Positions 1 through 9,627 of a stretch of DNA of 64,000 nucleotides are shown one piece after another. A program made the translations under genes and the position numbers. The stretch comes from Pristiophorus japonicus. Its lineage: Eukaryota. Where the stretch lies: positions 54,994,001 to 55,058,000 of the forward strand of contig NC_091995.1 in NCBI RefSeq assembly GCF_044704955.1. Reading direction: 5' to 3'. How positions within the stretch are numbered: position 1 is the first letter of the stretch; the number at the start of each line of letters is the position of its first letter. Below the pieces are notes generated by a model. That model saw only the letters and a list, made by a program, of their open reading frames with translations, was not told the DNA's origin and ran no database searches.

Positions 1-2305
1 GCCTGAGGAACTGCGTTCTTTTTCTTTTTTTCCTGAGCTTACAGCTTGTAACTAGCAGATAAGCTACAATCAGGAGTTGGCCGATTACTAAGGCATGCGA
101 TCCCACCCGGATCCACGCAGGTATGTCTGCCCGTATCCCCAAATCCCACCATGCTGGGGGTTTAATCTGGGCAATCTCCTCTGCTAGAATTTCAGTTTTC
201 TGCTCCATGGTGTAAAAATGTTTTTGAGACAAATCCACTGCCTGGAGGAGGGCTGTAAGTTTCTCAGGTAGTGGGGCAATGGGATAGCTAAAATGGGCGA
301 CATATTGTTGTAGGTGGCTGAGGTTGTTTTGTACCGTGAGGTGAATCGTGGAAGGTTCAGGGATGGGTGTGATTCTGGTGTGTGCCACTTGAACCTCTGC
401 CCTGGGTTTAAAGCAAAAGCTGCTGTACGGTATTGGACACCACCTTCCCGGTCCGTGTTCATACCGTTGGGCACTTGTGGTGACACAATATGTCCCACTG
501 TCTACATATGCTACCTGTGGAGGCATGTGGTTAGGGGCCATTACCTCCATTGTGCAATTGATAGGCTCTGCCCCAGCAGTGCTGAACCCGCATTGTGGCC
601 TTGCAAAAGCGTTCAAGTGCTGGGGGCACAGGATTACCTGTGCTCCCCTGCTCCGACAACCCGAGAGGTCTGTACCTGTCACAGTGTGCTCCCACATTGT
701 GACATAAGGTGGGACCTCTTGGAATCGAACATGCACCCCTCCACGAATGACTCCCACATTCTCCACTCGGTACAGGGGTGCTGGTCGTGGGGACGCCCCC
801 ATCACGGGCATCCTGACCACCACACCCATGGTGGTATGGTTTGACTTTCCACAGTCCACCGGTACCGGGTAGGCTTCCGACGCTACACAAAGTTGGTAAG
901 GACTTTAAACATTATCATAAGGGTGCAGTGCTGCTAAGTGCTGGTTGCTGATCCAGGAGGGGACCTGTCCCTGTCTCAGATCCTCGAGGTTACTCCGTCC
1001 CTCTCCCAGCAACCACGCCCCAGAGAGCACGCACACCTCATTTTGGGCGGCTTGATCGGAGGCGTTTCTATCCTCCCGAATCAAGGCGTTTACAGCCCTG
1101 GCCTGCGCCTCCAATTGAGAGATAATCTCCTTTAAGTGAACTGTCATTGCCACCTCTTCGTGGAGCGCGGATCCCACTACGGTATTCTCGTCCCCCAGGA
1201 CTTTGCGCAGCTGATTCTTTAACCCATTTATCTGGAGGGCCAGCTGCATGTTATCCAAACTGTTTATGGCGGACGCCCCGGTGTTAAACCCCGTAAAAAT
1301 GTCATTTAAAGTGCCACGCCTCTGCCTGCCCGGTTCGGCCCTATCCCACTGTTTATACAAGTCTGTCACTTTGACATCCCCGAAGTCCAGTTCGTAGAAC
1401 TTCCGGAACATCTCCCGCAGCAGAGCCTGGTATAACAGCTCGGTTTCCCGGGGACACCACGTAGGTAGGCGGACTTCTGTCAGATTTAGCACCACTGATG
1501 CCACCGCGTAGTGTACCCCCTGATAAAATAGTTTCTCGGTAGGGACCAACACTAAACCATTCCCCGGCCCCCTGGTTGTTGTCGGGCTCCCGTGTGGGAC
1601 GGTGGGCTTGGCCGTGGGTGGGGGCTTCCTTTCCTGAACTACAAGTTCAGTGGCATTTACTGGTACCCGGGGATTGGGGATCACACACGCCTCCCCGCTG
1701 CGATCCCATACCACCCCATCCCCAACATCCTGCCACCACCTATAGAAAGCAATGGAGACCCCCTCTGAACACACGCGAGTGGATCCCAACATACACAAAT
1801 AAATTCCTTGGTCGTATGCCCACCATTTCTCCCAGCACACCGTGACCCCGCCAGATGACCCCATGATGGTTCGGTAGGTATCATTATCCAGACGTTCCCA
1901 GTCCGAGTGTCGGTCCCCCACGTCCCTCTTGAGCTTTCTGAGCCACCACCACTGTCCCAGAGGTATGTCCCCTTGGCAAGTTAGGCATACCTTCCTGCCT
2001 TCTGTCACTCTCACTCTGGAAGTGGTCACAGTGATCTCCGGGCAGGGGATGGAGGTCTCTCCGTAGGTAAAGTCCTTATGGTTGGAGTACTTGGTGGAGT
2101 TCGATCCCAACCACCCAGGCCATTTCTCCTCATGGGAGTAGGTGACCCGGCCATCCGCCGCCGGAGTCCCTTCTCCTGTGGTCACTGTCAGCGCTCTGCC
2201 CCCGGAGCATCCGAAAACCAGGGAGTCCTCGGTGTCCCCTCGGTGCCCGGTGCAGATCCTTAGCGATACCAGCATCACTAACGTCCAGTAGGGAGGTGTT
2301 GACAT
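1..2305 (-). pseudogene. env: env glycoprotein: signal peptide, Ig-like domain, P/T linker, F2-like region, furin site RQRR, fusion peptide, heptads, Cys-rich region, TM, basic tail; one premature TAA at 905-907
   Basis: ATG at 2305-2303 directly follows a polypyrimidine-CAG acceptor. Manual translation past the TAA stays open in the same frame to base 1 (...SPYQLCV...PLYRVENVGV...TYCVTT...WWDLG...VGSHALVIGQLLIVAYLLVTSCKLRKKRKRTQFLR). Confidence 0.85.
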
Positions 2306-2493
2306 CTGAAAGGCAAGAAGAACATGGCCTTGCCTTGAGAGACCTCTCCAGGCTCGGCCCACTTAACATGTTCCAAACATAAACTGCTGTACCCAACCGT
2401 CACTGCCTTACCTAAACACATATACTCACAACACAAAGTAACAAAACAGAAAGGGAAAATATACACACCGCCACCCGTCCCCGGATGGCCAGG

Positions 2494-4958
2494 CTACATC
2501 CTGTCACTGTACAGGCGTCGTCGACCACTCGGCTGACCGTACCCTAGGGACCAGGATGCCCTCCGCTGAGGGGCTCGTATAGTCCCCCTTAATGAGTCTT
2601 GTGCTGCCCTCCAAGGCCGTCCCGAGCCCCGGATAATCGGTGGGAGACCCTTGCTAGCGCAACAGAGCACCCTCCCTGTTGTCTTTCGCCTTCTTGGTCT
2701 GGGGCGGGGAGCTAAGTAAACAGGGGACCACGGCGCCCTGGGCTGTGGCACTCTGTCAGTCCTCCTTACTGTCGGTGCAGAGTCCCGCGTTATGGGCTGC
2801 AATGCCATTTCCTCCATCTCTTGGGCTAGCCCCAGCTGATCCACCATGGGAGGTTCAGCTTCCCCTTGGACCTTGCTAATGGTAGAGCCTTTCTCCCTAC
2901 TTCTGTTAGTGGGCTGGGAACCTCTACCCAGTGGTGGGATAGCCTTACAGGAGCAGTGAACCAGCCCCGGCTGTAGAGCTTCGGGGCCCGCTGCCTCCTC
3001 CGGAGCCTCCAAATCCACCGGGGCCTGTTCTTCCCCCAGTGCCTGATTCCCTTCCCTTGCTCGTCCCCTCTGTTTTTTACCTCTTTTGGGGTCAAACAAT
3101 TTACACTGATTAATGTGATACCACTTCACCCGGTGAGGCAATCGAACCGCATAGACCATAGGGCTAGCCTTGTCGACTATGCTGTATGGTCCCATATACA
3201 GTGGTTCAAATACCCCGATCCGGGCGAAGCTTCTCACCATCACCTGGTCGCCCACCTCCCAATCATGGTGACTGCGGGGTTCCAGCAGCAGCCGATTGGC
3301 ACGGTGCTGTTTACCCATGTTGTTGGCCGCCTGCCAGTGAAACTGTTGAAGCTGTTCGAACAGATTCCTGACAAAGCGGTCCCGGTTCACCTCTCGAAGC
3401 TGCCCTTCGGTGAGAACCAGCGCCAACACATGCACTGGGGTTCTCATGATCCGGCCCGTCATCAGCTCATGGGGTGAGTACCCTGTGCTCTTTGACTGAC
3501 TGGCCCGGATTCCCATGAGGACCAACGGTAAGACCTCCACCCACTTGTTCGGTGAGTCTCCCGTCTCCTTGCGCAGCCTTTCCTTTAGGGTCCGGTTCAG
3601 GCGTTCTACGGGGCCTGAGGACTGAGGATTGTAGGCGACATGCCATTTGGCTCTTATCCCCAACACCTTTAGGGTGGCCTGCATCACCTGGCCGGTGAAG
3701 TGGCTTCCCCGGTCGGACTCCACGATTTGAGGTAGACCTCACCGAGAGAACACCTCCCTCACCAGGATTTTTGCAGTCCCCACCGCGGTAGCTGTTCGGC
3801 AAGGGAAGGCTTCCACCCATTTGGAAAACACATCCACCAGGACGAGGCAATATTTATAACCTCCCTGGGCGGCCGGTAGGGGTCCGATGTAGTCGATCTG
3901 GATCGACTGCCATGGTCCCTCTACCCGCCTGACGTGTCCCATAGACGCCTTCCTTTTCTGAGGGTCTGGGTTGTTTGCAGCGCAAACCAGACAGCCCGCA
4001 CAGAAGTCGCGGACGTCTTCCCGGAGGTCTGGCCACCACCCTGCCTTTTCTACCCGTTGCCAGGTAGATTCCGGCCCAGGGTGTCCCGCACCTGGACCCT
4101 CATGGGCCAGCTGAAGGAATTCCCTCCGGTGTTGTGGCGACACTACCCATTTGTCCCCTTTAAACAACATGCCTTCCCGCACAGCAATATCTGCAGCACT
4201 GTATGGACCCTCCGCCTTTTCCCCCCTTTTTGATAGCAGCCAAGGCAGCCTTCAGGACCGGGTCCTGCATCTGGACTACTTTAAGGTCCGGGGCCGCAGC
4301 CGCCCCTACGCTCCCTTGTGTCCCTGGCTTGCTTCTTGCTGCTGCTATCCTGCCTTTCTCGTATTGGTCCCATGGGCGACCTGTACGAGCATCTTCCCTT
4401 GCCAGCAGGTCTGCCTGCTGGTTACCTTCCCCCCCGTGGCTCAGTTTTGGAGTGGGCCTTTACCTTATGGATATATACATCCCCGGTTTCTCTCACTGCA
4501 GCCACGACGTTTTCTAGCGGGGGTTTGGTCACAAGGGGCTTCCCATCCGCAGAGGTGTACCCCCGGCGTGACCAAATCGCCAGATACTCTGTACACGGAT
4601 TGCAAGTGAACATGCTGTCCGAGCAAATCGTGTATGGGGTAGGGAATTCCTCGGGGTGTGTGACCACATACATCACCGCCGAGATTTCCGCCTGCTGGGC
4701 GCTCAGGGTGCATGGGAGTTTAAGAGCCAAGGCAATTCCTGCCTTGGGATCCCAAACTCTGCAGCCCGTGAGTCTTGTACCCGCGGGCACTGAACTGGAG
4801 CCGTCAACATAGATCTCGCGGCCTGTGGGGTGTATCCCTGCCCGAAATCCAAAGTTGATGTCCCATACCCCCTCCACAGAGCATCTATGCGGCTGCCCTG
4901 GATAGATTAAATTTGCTGCGAGCTTGGGCTCGCAGAGGCCCTTGACCTTTAAAGTCAT
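2494..4958 (-). pseudogene. pol: pol remnant: tether/RNase H, integrase, long C-terminal extension
   Basis: RNase H ORF 4422-4958, frameshifted in a G run near 4430 (GNQQADLLA continues in another frame). Integrase H..H..CxxC, IDYIGP, SDRGSHF, SGPVERLNRTLK and MGPY. In-frame TGA at 3739-3741 where Trp is expected (FSR*GLPQIVESD). Confidence 0.9.
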
Positions 4959-5395
4959 TTATTCTCTAGTTCCCAAATTTTCTGGGTGTACCGAGAGTTC
5001 TGTTCCCGGAGGGACCCCTCACTACCCTTGGCCTCAGTGACCTGACACTGAAAATAGTCCCGGCTATTTCGGAAGGTCTCCTCCAACTGCCTCTTCCCTT
5101 GCTGCTCCTCAGCTAATTCGGCCAGCAGGTTGTCCCCAGCCGCAGCCCGGATAGCAGGGAGCTCCTCTGAGTTCTGAAGACTCTGTTCTAAGTCCTTCAC
5201 CCGCTGGTCGAGCTTTCGGACTTGGCGGGTGAGGCAGATAAGCCAGATGGCCTTTTCCACCCTGTGGTTGTGGTCCTTCCCTGCTGTCCACTGGGCAGCA
5301 GCATCCATTGGGCGCTCTGCCCGAGTGAGGGCTTGCACCCAAGGTTTGGTGAGGTTCATCTTGCCAAAAATGTATGAGGAAATTCTCTCCTCCAT
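4955..5395 (-). pseudogene. gag: N-terminal gag fragment with coiled coil, fused by deletion to the RNase H region
   Basis: ATG at 5395 in AAAATGG context shortly after the putative PBS. Heptad-rich (RQVRKLDQRVKDLEQSLQN...LREQNSRYTQKIWELENK*). Ends abruptly at the pol remnant. Confidence 0.6.
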
Positions 5396-5469
5396 TTTAG
5401 TTTCCTCTCTTATCACCTCATCTGTTTTATTAACATCTCCTGTTTGCTTATGTCCTGCCGCGGTCACCA

Positions 5470-6499
5470 TGTTCTGTAAGGGGTTTTCTCAGGGAGTGTT
5501 GTTGTGCCTTGAGTGTCTCTCTCTGGGCTTCTGCCCTCACAGCTTATGTCTGGCCTGTGAGGTACCCTGAGTGCTGCAAGAGCACCCCTGGAGAGACTGT
5601 GTCCACAGCTTATGAAGGGGGTTTTGAGACTCGTGCGTCCCCACAGCTTATGCCTAGCCTGTGAGGCACCTGTGAGTGTCAAACACTCCTAACCCCTTCT
5701 TCCCTAGCCGGTGACACACAGTTGAGCGTTTTCGAGGCGCTCCTAGCTTCCCTTACACGGTTCTGACATAAGACTCACGATCAGGAGATGTAATACAATA
5801 GAACTGAGACAAGGTGATTCCAGGAGGAATTTTAGGCTTCCAATTTATTTGACAAGGTGTATCTCAACAAACAGCAATACACCAACAAAACAATCCCCCT
5901 AAATCCCACTAAACGGACACAACGAAAATCTTTACACAAGTTTAGCAGTACAATGCCCAACCTCCCACCTTTCCTGGCCTAACTGAGTTGGGAATTCTGG
6001 GGACCAGAGGTTATACTCACTACTGTGCCTTCTGCAGTCTAGTGGTTTGTTTCTTCTATCTTCGGTGCCTTCGGACACTGGTTTTCCTTCAGTGTCGAGA
6101 GGCTTGCTGGTTGTTGGATGACGAGGGCAGGGAACCACCCACACTACGTCAGAAACCCCTTTTTATAGCCAGATTATCCAGTCCGCCTCTCCTGCTGAAA
6201 TCGATTCTTCCCATCGGTGGGCTTTGTGATTTCCTTCCATAGTGTAAACATGGGGAAGACAATAGTCCGATAATGGCTGTGAGTCAGTCCCAAAGTTTTC
6301 GAGCAAGTGCTCTCCCATTGGCTTGAAAGCCCCATGCTTCGGGCTGACTCTGTCTCACCATTGGTCCTCCGGTGTCCTCCCCCGTCCAATCACTGCTCTG
6401 CCAAATTCAAACTGTTATCGGTTTCAATTCACAGCACAGACTGATCCCATAGCCCTTTTCCTTCTGGGTAAAATGAGGGGGTTTTTGTCCTCCCCTACA
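5470..6499 (-). repeat. Putative 5' LTR of the provirus, about 1 kb
   Basis: Starts TGTAGGGG (6499) where host Gypsy sequence stops. Ends ...CCCCTTACAGAACA before PBS-like TGGTGACCGCGGCAGGAC (5469-5452). TATAAAA at 6167-6161, AATAAA at 5849-5844. The second LTR is not in the window, so the boundaries are unconfirmed. Confidence 0.55.
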
Positions 6500-6690
6500 A
6501 GGGCAAGAAGGGCCCCAGATCGACTCACATTGTAAATAGTTACACTATTGACTTTGGGGGGAGGGGGGGGGGAAATTGTTGTTATATATGTATACTTGTA
6601 GTTACTCTGTACAGCCACCAGAGGACTCATCACCTGGAGTCCCAAGGGATCCGATAATACCTGTGTTCCCAAGGGATTATGAGATCCCTT
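6500..6690 (+). mobile_element. Gypsy LTR-retrotransposon 3' fragment (pol C-terminus, PPT, start of 3' LTR); host of the provirus
   Basis: Encodes RARRAPDRLTL*, then ACTATTGACTTTGGG and a G-rich PPT, then TGTTATATATG. Homologous to the reverse complement of 22100-22260. Confidence 0.75.
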
Positions 6691-6910
6691 CCACCTGCCC
6701 TCTTCATTTCCCAAAACCAAGTCCGGAACCGCCCCCTCTCTTGTTGGGCTTGTTACATACTGGCTAAAGAAGTTCTCCTGAATGCATTTTAGGAATTCTG
6801 CACCCTCTGTACCATCCACACTAATTTTTCCCCAGTTAATATTAGGGTAGTTGAAATCCCCCACTATTACAGCAATATAGTTTTTGCACTTCGCAGCAAA
6901 TTTGCCCACA
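6691..6910 (-). mobile_element. CR1 LINE ORF2 endonuclease fragment
   Basis: VIVGDFNYPNINW...FLKCIQENFFSQYVTSPTREGAVPDLVLGNE. Confidence 0.8.
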
Positions 6911-7355
6911 TATGTTCCCTATTTCTGAGTACAGGTACCCTATCTCTGTGTACATGTACCTTATCTCTGTATACATGTACCTTATCTCTGTGTATATGTA
7001 CCCTAATTCTGTATATGTTACCTATCTCTGTGCTCATGTACCTTATCTCTGTGCACATGTACCCTAACTGTGTGTACAGGTATCCCATCTCTGTGTATAG
7101 GTATCCTATCTCTGTGTACATGTTCCCTATATCTATGTACACGTACCCTTTCTCTGTGTACATGTTCCTTATCTCTGTGCACATGTACCCCATCTCTGTG
7201 TGCCCATTCCCTATCTCTGTGTACATGTTCCCTAACTCTGTGTACATGCACCCTATCTCTGTGCACATGTTCCCTATATTTGTGTACATATACCCTATCT
7301 CTATGTACATGTACCATAACTTTGTGTACATGTTCCCTATCTCTCTGTGTACACC
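6911..7355. repeat. 21-bp minisatellite (TGTACATGTTCCCTATCTCTG-like); resumes at 11915-12028
   Basis: About 20 degenerate tandem copies. The same unit lies on the other side of the Penelope element. Confidence 0.9.
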
Positions 7356-7722
7356 CTGGTCCATTCTGCAGTCACCCCCAGCTCTCCCTCCCCTTCCCAC
7401 AACACCTTTCTGTTCAAGCGCAAGAGATGCAACACCTGCCCTTTACCTCCTCCCTTCCCACTGTCCAGGTGAAACAGCGATTTACTTGTACTTATTTCAA
7501 TTTAATACACTGTATTCGCTGCTCACGATGTGGGCTCCTCTACATTGGGGAGACCAAGTGTAGATTGGGTGACCGCTTTGCGGAGCACCTCCGTTCAGTC
7601 CGCAAGTGTGACCCTGAGCTTCCGGCCGCCTGTCACTTTAATTCTCCACTCCACTCCCACTCTGACCTCTCTGTCCTCGGTCTCCTATACTGTTCCAATG
7701 AAGCTCAACACAAGCTTGAGGA

Positions 7723-8355
7723 ACATAAGAACATAAGAACATAAGAATTAGGAACAGGAGTAGGCCATCTAGCCCCTCGAGCCTGCTCCGCCATTCAAAA
7801 ACATCATGGCTGATCTGGCCTTGGACTCAGCATCACTTACCCGCCCGCTCCCCATAACCCTTAATTCCCTTATTGGTTAAAAATCTATCTATCTGTGATT
7901 TGAATACGTTCAATGAGCTAGCCTCAACTGCTTCCTTGGGCAGAGAATTCCACAGATTCACAACCCTCTAGGAGAAGAAATTCCTTCTCAACTCGGTTTT
8001 AAATTGGTTCCCCCGTATTTCGAGGCTGTGTCCCCTAGTTCTAGTCTTCCCCACCAATGGAAACAACCTCTCTGCCTCTATCTTGTCTATCCCTTTCATT
8101 ATTTTAAATGTTTCTATAAGATCACCCCTCATCCTTCTGAACTCCATCGAGTAAAGACCCAGTCTACTCAATCCATCATCATAAGGTAACCCCCTCATCT
8201 CCGGAATCAGCCTAGTGAATCGTCTCTGTACCCCCTCCAAAGCTAGTATATCCTTCCTTAAGTAAGGTGACCAAAACTGCACGCAGTACTCCAGGTGCGG
8301 CCTCACCAATACCCTGTACAGTTGCAGCAGGACCTCCCTGCTTTTGTACTCCATC
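7723..8355 (-). mobile_element. 5'-truncated CR1 LINE (young subfamily)
   Basis: MEYKSREVLLQLYRVLVRPHLEYCVQFWSP... with (ACATAAGA)n tail at 7723-7747. Near-identical to the copy at 24890-25507. Confidence 0.95.
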
Positions 8356-8739
8356 ACCTCATCTTTCGTTTAGACACTTTACAGCCTTCTGGACTCGACA
8401 TCAAGTTCAACAATTTCAGAGCGTAACCGCTGCCAATCTTTGGCTCCCTTCCCCCCGCTCCCCCACACCCGCCACTTCCCCTCCCCTCCCGGAGCTTGTT
8501 TTTTTCTTACTTTTTTTCTCTTTGTCTCGAATGGCAGTTTATCATTATCCCACCATTCACACCCTATCATGACTAATGCTTTTCCAACTCCTGGCATTAC
8601 CATTTGAATTTGGGCCATCAACCCTTTTGTCTCTCTAATCTCTCCTGTCCTCCACCCTATCACAGACCTTCCCTTTTGTTCTTTCTTCCACTCCCCCTTT
8701 CAGTGCTTGTTAAGAATCTGTTCTTTCCAAACACTCTCC

Positions 8740-8776
8740 AGTTCTGACAACGGGTCATCGACCCGAAACGTTAACT
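8740..8776 (+). ncRNA. Minimal type I hammerhead ribozyme motif of the Penelope element (core mutated)
   Basis: agtt-CTGACAA-c-GGGTC atc GACCC-GAAA-CGTT-aact: stem I agtt/aact, stem II GGGTC/GACCC, palindromic AACGTT helix III. G8 of CUGANGA is A here. Confidence 0.65.
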
Positions 8777-9483
8777 CTGCTTCTCTCCCCACAGATGCTG
8801 CCTGACCCGCTGAGATTTCCAGCATTTTCTGTTTTTATTCCAGATTCCAGCATCCGCAGTATTTTGCTTTTGTATTAATGTTTAATTCACTGCCACTTCT
8901 CTTCTAGGAATGCCCACCTTGAAGAAGTTCTGCTCTTCCTTCAGGACGGGATTTCCACTTGTCTCTTTTACCTTGTTCATCTTCTTTGCTTTCTGTTTCC
9001 CTTCTCGTGTTTGATCAAGTATCTGCCAAGACTTGCTTTCACAGCCACATCTCTTTCCTCAGTAACTGTCTCCACCTCAGACTTACCCCATGTGGATTCC
9101 AATTGAAATTCCACCCCTCATGTTTTGGATCCACCCAGGGTTACAGATATCTCTGAGATATTTCAACGTTCCTCAAACCACTGCTCTCGCTGCGTCCTGG
9201 GACCCACACTCAACGCTATGCGCTGCCACATGCACACACCGCCCAATCTCTTCAGCAGCACCAACTCACTCTATCTCTAAGCTGTTCTGGTCCGCAGTTC
9301 CATTTTATCCTTCGCCTCATCCGGCGCTTGAACCAAAAACTTCTTTCCTTCCATTCAGGTGTCAAGAATCGTAAACTTCAACAACGCTTGGACACCAATG
9401 CCCCTCCGGAACCTTCTTCCCCCACACTTTCCTCTGATCTCATCCCTTCTTCTAATCTCACCTCCTGCCATGTTTTCACTATC

Positions 9484-9627
9484 CCCTCTGACCTTCCCCT
9501 CTCTGACCCCTCTGACCTTCCCCTCTCTGACCCCTCTGACCTTCCCCTCTCTGACCCCTCTGACCTTCCCCTCTCTGACCCCTCTGACCTTCCCCTCTCT
9601 GACCCCTCTGACCTTCCCCTCTCTGAC
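9484..9627 (+). repeat. 24-bp perfect tandem repeat x6 inside the Penelope ORF (PSDLPLSD)
   Basis: CCCTCTGACCTTCCCCTCTCTGAC six times. Confidence 0.95.

Larger units (their letters stand above)
1..6499 (-). mobile_element. Defective endogenous retrovirus-like element, lokiretrovirus-like (5' LTR, truncated gag, PR/RT deleted, RNase H, integrase, env); 3' end lies outside the window
   Basis: Ordered minus-strand modules: LTR with TATA and AATAAA, coiled-coil gag fragment, retroviral-type RNase H (YVDGSS...AQQAE...SDS...HKVKAH...GNQQADLLA), HHCC/DDE/GPY-F integrase, and a class I fusion env. Family name inferred from this combination. Confidence 0.8.

Noticed and set aside
531-890. Listed ORFs 531-890 and 184-498 as separate genes
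   Set aside because: They are off-frame shadows. The real env continuation is in the 905-2362 frame and is unlisted because it has no stop inside the window.
5671-6529. Apparent LTR bounded by a TGTGAGT...ACTCACA inverted repeat
   Set aside because: 6500-6535 encodes the Gypsy pol C-terminus (RAPDRLTL*), so it belongs to the host element, and no TGG PBS follows 5671.
6867-7563. Repetitive ORFs (MYTEIGY.., MYPISVY..)
   Set aside because: Artefacts of the 21-bp minisatellite.
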